Part shown: piece after piece, positions 58,868 through 64,000 of the stretch
How positions within the stretch are numbered: the stretch's first letter is position 1
How the letters are laid out: the number at the start of each line of letters is the position of its first letter
Origin: an uncultured Acidobacteriota bacterium
Lineage (GTDB): Bacteria; Actinomycetota; Acidimicrobiia; Spongiisociales; ZC4RG35
Direction: 5' to 3'
Assembly (NCBI GenBank): GCA_963828465.1
Contig: CAWHEU010000018.1
Span: 160,001-224,000, forward strand
DNA: 64,000 nt
Notes under the pieces: generated by a model
The model's database searches: none
What the model was told of the DNA's origin: nothing
What the model saw: only the letters and a program-made list of their open reading frames with translations
Translations under genes and position numbers: made by a program

Positions 58868-60325
58868 TCAGGGGAAGGTGCGGGGAACTCGCTGCACGTT
58901 GATCCAGCGAAGCTCTGTGAACTCGTCGAGGGCGGCCTGCCCTCCGAATCGCCCGTAACCGCTCCCTTTGACTCCACCGAAGGGGGCCTGGGGCTCGTCG
59001 TTCACGGTCTGATCCCCGATGTGGACCATCCCGGTCTCCAGCCGGAGAGCCATGTCGAGGGCCTGGGTGAAGTCACCGGTCAGGATCCCTGCAGACAGGC
59101 CGTACTCCGAGTCGTTGGCCACGGCGAGCGCCTCCTCTCGATCACTCACCACCACGATCGGGGCCACCGGACCAAAGGTCTGCTCGCGGAAGAGGAGCAT
59201 GTCCGGCTTGACGTCCGTAACGACGGTGGGGTGATAGACGAGGTCGTCGTACTGCCCGCCGGTCACCAGGTTGGCTCCGCCGGCAACGGCTGCCTCGACC
59301 TGGGCGTGGACTTTTTCCAGCGCTCGCTGGTTGATGAGGGGCCCGATCGCCGTGGCCGGGTTGGTGGGATCACCCATAGGCATCGACTCCGCTCGCTCTT
59401 TGAGCTTCTCGGTGAACTCTTTGGCGATGCTCTTCTCGACGATGATCCGCTCGGTAGACATGCAGATCTCGCCCTGATGGAGGAAGGCCCCCCACGCCGC
59501 CGCGTCGATTGCGTAGTCGACATCGGCGTCGCCGAGGATGATCAAAGGATCCTTGCCGCCGAGCTCTAGCACGGCTCGCTTGAGGTTGCGGCCCGCCTTC
59601 TCGGCGATGACCCTCCCCACCTCGGTCGACCCCGTGAAAGAGATCCGTCTCACGTCCGGATTGGAGATCATCTCGTCGCCGATCTCCTCCGCTCCTTCCC
59701 GGGTACTGGTGACGACGTTGAGAACTCCCGGAGGCAGCCCCGCCTCCTCGAATATCTCGGCGAGAAGTAGTCCGCCCGTGAGCGGTGCATCCTCGGACGG
59801 CTTCAAAACCGCTGTGTTCCCGTAGGCGATGGGCAGGGTGAACGACCTGCTCCCCAGGATGTAGGGGACGTTGAACGGGGCGAAGCAAGCCACGACACCA
59901 GCCGGCTGGCGAATTGCCATGAAGAAGGAGTTGGCATGGTCGGCCGGGATGATCTCGCCCTTGACGTCGTAGGCGGCGCCGGCCGCCATCCGGAATAGCC
60001 CGGGCACGAAGCCCATCTGGAACATCGAGATGCCGATGGTTCCCCCGACCTCCTCCATCATCGCCTGGACGAGCTCGTCCTGACGACTCTCCATGACATC
60101 GGCGGCCTTGAGGAAGATCTGACGCTTGGCCCCGGGAGGTGTGGCCGCCCATTCGGGGAAGGCGGCCTTGGCGGCATCGATGGCGCTTCTGGCATCCTCG
60201 GCGTTGCCGGCCGGGACATTGGCGTAGACGTCGCCAGTGAACGGGTTGTGGTCCTCGAACGTCTTGCCACTCGAGGAATCGACCCACTTCCCGTCGATGT
60301 ACATCTTGGGGCTCTTGGCGGGCAT
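58868..60325 (-). CDS. aldehyde dehydrogenase
   Basis: SFTGSTEVG, LELGGKDP, GEICMS, PFGGVKGSG. Confidence 0.95.
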   Translation of the reverse strand: MPAKSPKMYIDGKWVDSSSGKTFEDHNPFTGDVYANVPAGNAEDARSAIDAAKAAFPEWAATPPGAKRQIFLKAADVMESRQDELVQAMMEEVGGTIGISMFQMGFVPGLFRMAAGAAYDVKGEIIPADHANSFFMAIRQPAGVVACFAPFNVPYILGSRSFTLPIAYGNTAVLKPSEDAPLTGGLLLAEIFEEAGLPPGVLNVVTSTREGAEEIGDEMISNPDVRRISFTGSTEVGRVIAEKAGRNLKRAVLELGGKDPLIILGDADVDYAIDAAAWGAFLHQGEICMSTERIIVEKSIAKEFTEKLKERAESMPMGDPTNPATAIGPLINQRALEKVHAQVEAAVAGGANLVTGGQYDDLVYHPTVVTDVKPDMLLFREQTFGPVAPIVVVSDREEALAVANDSEYGLSAGILTGDFTQALDMALRLETGMVHIGDQTVNDEPQAPFGGVKGSGYGRFGGQAALDEFTELRWINVQRVPRTFP

Positions 60326-60353
60326 GTGTCCTCCTGAGGTGGGACCGGGAAAG

Positions 60354-60698
60354 CTACCCCTCGATGTCGTCGGGAAGGAGGGCCATCCCCGCCGGCGTCA
60401 TCCGACCTTCGTCGATCAACCTGCGGACCACGCCGCGGTTCTTGTCCGACCAGTTCGAGCCTGGTCGGCGCGGGGTGAATCGGATGGCCCAACGTTCCTC
60501 GTCGATCCGTTGCCCCAGGTTGTCTATCCAGCCGTGACAGATCGCCGTCGCCTGGAGATCGTCGAGGGTCACGGTTTGCCTTCCCGACGACTTCTTGTAG
60601 ATGGCCACCATCACGACTTGCGCGCTACTCCCGTGTTCTCGTAGCCAAGCGTCGAATTCTGAGTCAGTCGAGATCGGGATCGATTCTGATATATCCAT
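60354..60698 (-). CDS. YdeI/OmpD-associated family protein
   Basis: CHGWID, RFTPRRPGSNWS..N..LIDEGRMTPAG. Confidence 0.82.
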   Translation of the reverse strand: MDISESIPISTDSEFDAWLREHGSSAQVVMVAIYKKSSGRQTVTLDDLQATAICHGWIDNLGQRIDEERWAIRFTPRRPGSNWSDKNRGVVRRLIDEGRMTPAGMALLPDDIEG

Positions 60699-60737
60699 GG
60701 TCGGTGAGAGTCTTGTCGGGGCGGGGGAAGGGCGCCC

Positions 60738-61804
60738 CTATCGCGGTCGTTTCAGTCTGACTCTGGAGACGCCGAGTCGAATGATCTGGAGGCCTTCGCG
60801 GTGTATGGACACATGATGGTGGAACCAGCAGAGAGTGATCAGATTGTCGGCATCGGTTCTTCCACCATGGGACCAGGGGATGACATGATGAACTTCGAGG
60901 CGAAAGTTGAAGGGGCAGCCTTCCACGGTGCACTTGCCATCGCGGTGGAGGACATGACGCCTGAGTTTCCGGCCCACCGTCCGGGATCGGCGTCCCAAGA
61001 TCGAGCGGTTTGCCCTTCTCGGTGAGGCCGATCAGATCGACATTTCCGTTACAGAGGATCTCTTCCAGAGTGCCCGGACCCAGTCTCGGACCTGCCAGGA
61101 CGGAAACACCGCGCTCTCCGCTGGTTTCGACCGCCTTCTCGACATCGACGATCACCGCCACATCGATCGGAGCCGACTTCTGGATCCACTCTGATACAGC
61201 GACTGTCCTGACAGATGGCGACCAGGGCCAGAGCATCTCCGTCTCCGCAACCGCCAGACGCTGATCGGCGGGGATGATCTCGTCGGCCCGTTGGTCGACC
61301 GCCTTCTCCATGATCCGGGCATCCAGACCCGGGAAGCTCCCCCCAAAACGAGGTGGCCAGCTCATCGGAATGACCGAAATGCAGATAGCCATTCCCGGTC
61401 TTCCGTTCTCGTCTCCGGGTCAACCGCTTGTGATGGGCAACCAGACGACGCAACCCGGAAATGTCATAACCCTGATGACCGGATCACGATGCTCAGCAGG
61501 GCAACCGGGTCAGAAGTTGAGCCCGGTCAAACGAAATCTCACCGCCCGCTAGCTGTTCGGCCACTTCCGCAGCATCTCCGAGACGGGTCGCAGTCCAACA
61601 GATAGAACGGGCAGTTTCATGAGAGACATCGGCCCGAGCCGCCGTCCAATCGACGATGGTCCGGTAGCCATCAGCCAGATGCGACCTGCGTTGACGCTTT
61701 TCGGCCACCACGGCCATCTCCACCACCCGCCAGGTGCCGATCTCGGATTCGGCCCGGATCAAGAGTTGATCCAACTGATCCTCGGAGTAACTCCCCAACT
61801 CCAT
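60738..61804 (-). pseudogene. DUF222-like HNH endonuclease, frameshifted
   Basis: N-term ADGYRT..W..ARAD, GEISFDRA; C-term RDGKCTVEGC..EVHHVIPWSHGGRTDADNLITLCWFHH; split across at least three frames. Confidence 0.75.
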
Positions 61805-61842
61805 GATCCCAACGTACAACCCGACTGTGACAAGAAACTTGT

Positions 61843-63330
61843 TCAGTCGTAAACCCCGGCCAGGAATGTCTGGCCGCCGGTCACCACGCAAAGGAAGGCG
61901 CCAACTGAAGTGACCAACTGGTAGCGGTCGGCGTCCTCCTCTCCCACCCACCAGCGGCCGGCGAGCCGCCACGGCCCGCTCCAGGTGAGCACCGGCTCCC
62001 ATCGGGTGCCCAACCGAACCCGGGAAGGCATGCCACCGTCCCATTCCACCTCCAACGGCTCGGGACGGGGCGGGACAAGTGCGGGACTGGGCGAAGGGGT
62101 GGCCCCCGGCCAGGGAGCAGACTCGTCCCGCTCCCGATCGGATGGCGGCTCTCCCCAACGGGACCAGGCCACTCGTTCCCTGGGTAGCCGGCCCCCTTGA
62201 GCCCGACCCTGAAGCACCCCGTCGGGACCGAGCAGGGCCTGGGCGCGGGCTAACGCCCGCTCCGCCTCGATCCGCGAGGTCTCGTCCTGGAGCAACCCGA
62301 GCTGTCGGCCCTCATCGGACAGATCTGCCGGGGCGATTCGCAAACGGGAGATCCCGCCGGGGATGCCCCCCGACTCGACCCATGCCCTCAGCTGCCACCA
62401 CACCCGATCAGACAACGCCTTCTCGGTGAAAGGGTCGGCCGATCGCCAGATCCGCTCCCTCGACCCTCCGGCGGCATCCTCGGCCATGATCGAGACACGA
62501 TGCGGCGCCACCCCCGACACCCTCAACCCTCGGAGCAGCCGCTCCGCCAGGGCACGAGAGGCAAAGGCCACTGCGTCGAGGCTCTCCAATGGCTCCTCGA
62601 AACTCGCATCCACCGCCAGGTCGGGCGGGATCTCCCTCGGGTCGACGAAACGGTCCTCCCCCGCGGCCAACCGATGAGCGAGCAGACCATGATTCCCGAA
62701 TCGGGTGGCCAGGGCGTCTCGGGGAAGACGGGCCAGGTCACCCAACGTGGCCACTCCGAGCCAGCGGAAGGTGTCGATCAACTCGTCGGCGTCGAGACCC
62801 TCTCTGAGCGCGGTCAGATCGAGCCGGGAGAGGAATTCGATGGTGTCCGCCACCACCACGGGCTGGCCGACCTCGGATGTCGCCGCGGCCCAACGGGCGG
62901 CGAATGGCCCGTCGGCGATCCCGATCAACGCCTGCCCTCCCCGGTCCCTGCCCACCATCCTGTCCAATTCCTTGGCCAATCGCTCGGCCAGAGCATCCTC
63001 ACCCCCGTAGAAGCGGATAGCACCGGCAATCGGGACGAAGACCAGACCGGGCGCCACCACCTCCACCCTCGGGATCAGGTCCTCGATCGACTCGACCACC
63101 GGCTCGAAACGCCGTGACTCCTCTCCCAGGTCACGGGTCAGGACTGTGGCGAAGGGGGCGAGGGCCTCGGCCTCCCGTCGGGGCATGCCCAGGCACACCC
63201 CCGCCTCCAATACCTCACTCGTCGCCGCAGAGACCCGATCGCCGACGATCAGGACCGGGTCATCCAACGGCGCGTCTGGCCTCCCCAACGACCACATCGG
63301 AAACCACACGCACAACGTCCGAACCTTCAT
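61843..63330 (-). CDS. imuB: Y-family polymerase-like ImuB
   Basis: RTLCVWFPMW, FEPVVE, GIADGPFAA, WSGPW..RWW, C-terminal GVYD. Confidence 0.9.
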   Translation of the reverse strand: MKVRTLCVWFPMWSLGRPDAPLDDPVLIVGDRVSAATSEVLEAGVCLGMPRREAEALAPFATVLTRDLGEESRRFEPVVESIEDLIPRVEVVAPGLVFVPIAGAIRFYGGEDALAERLAKELDRMVGRDRGGQALIGIADGPFAARWAAATSEVGQPVVVADTIEFLSRLDLTALREGLDADELIDTFRWLGVATLGDLARLPRDALATRFGNHGLLAHRLAAGEDRFVDPREIPPDLAVDASFEEPLESLDAVAFASRALAERLLRGLRVSGVAPHRVSIMAEDAAGGSRERIWRSADPFTEKALSDRVWWQLRAWVESGGIPGGISRLRIAPADLSDEGRQLGLLQDETSRIEAERALARAQALLGPDGVLQGRAQGGRLPRERVAWSRWGEPPSDRERDESAPWPGATPSPSPALVPPRPEPLEVEWDGGMPSRVRLGTRWEPVLTWSGPWRLAGRWWVGEEDADRYQLVTSVGAFLCVVTGGQTFLAGVYD

Positions 63331-63925
63331 CCTCCACCTCGAATCGCCGGGTCATACCGGACGCGCCCTTCCCCGACGCCTCCAGCATGAGACGCCGCCT
63401 TCCCAACCGGCCGTGCCCCTGATCCGCCCCCTCCCAGGTGACCCCGAGAGCCCTGAGCCGGAGATGGGCGACACCGCTGGGCAGACCCCTGCCCATGGGC
63501 CGCATCGCCACCGCCACTTTCCTCGCCCGGGCCAGGGCGGCGAGACGGCGAAGGTCCTGCTCCTTGGCACCGACCGGCACCTCGGCATAGAGAGCGCGCA
63601 CCCCCTCGAGCAAGGCGGCGGCGACCTTGGGCCAGATCCTCGGCTCGTCACAACGCACGATGACGAAGCTCTCCGGGACGACACCGGTCTCCCATGCGGC
63701 CTCAGGCGAGATCCAGCCCCGGGTGTCGAGTGCCACCACCGGTGCCGTCTGCGAAGGGCCGGCCAGCAGTCCCAGACCGAGACGGGTGAGCCCTGTGCCG
63801 GGAATGCCGAGCAATTCGGTCACATGTCCCGGTCTCAGTTGGAGAAACCCCTCCTCACGATCGGCGAGATCGATGAGAGGCACAGTGGTGACAACGTCTG
63901 CAGTGATGACTTCTTTGAGGCCCAA
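63260..63925 (-). CDS. imuA: ImuA-like RecA-fold protein
   Basis: GHVTELLGIPGTGLT, LRRLAALARARK; directly upstream of imuB under an SOS box; 5' end uncertain. Confidence 0.72.
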   Translation of the reverse strand: MGLKEVITADVVTTVPLIDLADREEGFLQLRPGHVTELLGIPGTGLTRLGLGLLAGPSQTAPVVALDTRGWISPEAAWETGVVPESFVIVRCDEPRIWPKVAAALLEGVRALYAEVPVGAKEQDLRRLAALARARKVAVAMRPMGRGLPSGVAHLRLRALGVTWEGADQGHGRLGRRRLMLEASGKGASGMTRRFEVEDEGSDVVRVVSDVVVGEARRAVG

Positions 63926-63956
63926 ACTGGCTCCACGGTCGGGCGTTCCATCTTAT

Positions 63957-63970
63957 CGAACATATGTTCG
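63957..63970. promoter_or_regulatory. LexA (SOS) box upstream of imuA-imuB
   Basis: CGAACATATGTTCG, identical to the dnaE2 box. Confidence 0.92.
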
Positions 63971-64000
63971 ATGTAAAGACGGACCTACCCCTCCTCGAGC

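Noticed and set aside
60738-61804. HNH gene as an IS element or defence system
   Set aside because: No transposase motifs, terminal inverted repeats or partner genes seen; it resembles the common actinobacterial DUF222-HNH family.

Overview
High-GC actinobacterial-type chromosomal window (gene content resembles Acidimicrobiia; this is an inference) with about 60 genes. No rRNA, tRNA or CRISPR array was detected. Housekeeping and metabolic genes include cofG and two F420-dependent PPOX proteins, an aroQ-hydrolase fusion, an FtsH-like protease, valS, icmF, a PFK, an aldehyde dehydrogenase and azlCD. There is a complete his operon with unusual fusions, preceded by a His-rich leader peptide and attenuator. 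The SOS mutasome is split: dnaE2 and imuA-imuB lie about 30 kb apart, each with an identical LexA box. A fragmented SARP-STAND-WD40 regulator lies divergent from two genes that share a periodic promoter motif. The most interesting locus is a translationally coupled three-gene minus-strand operon (17176 to 14859): a 75-aa peptide with a leader-like N-terminus and four Asp-rich D[ST]DGVD[ST]T repeats, a ROXA/NO66-like JmjC 2OG-Fe(II) oxygenase, and a sucrase-ferredoxin-family [2Fe-2S] protein. It is a candidate undescribed RiPP or metal-binding peptide system. Several genes carry single-base frameshifts, which may be long-read assembly errors.
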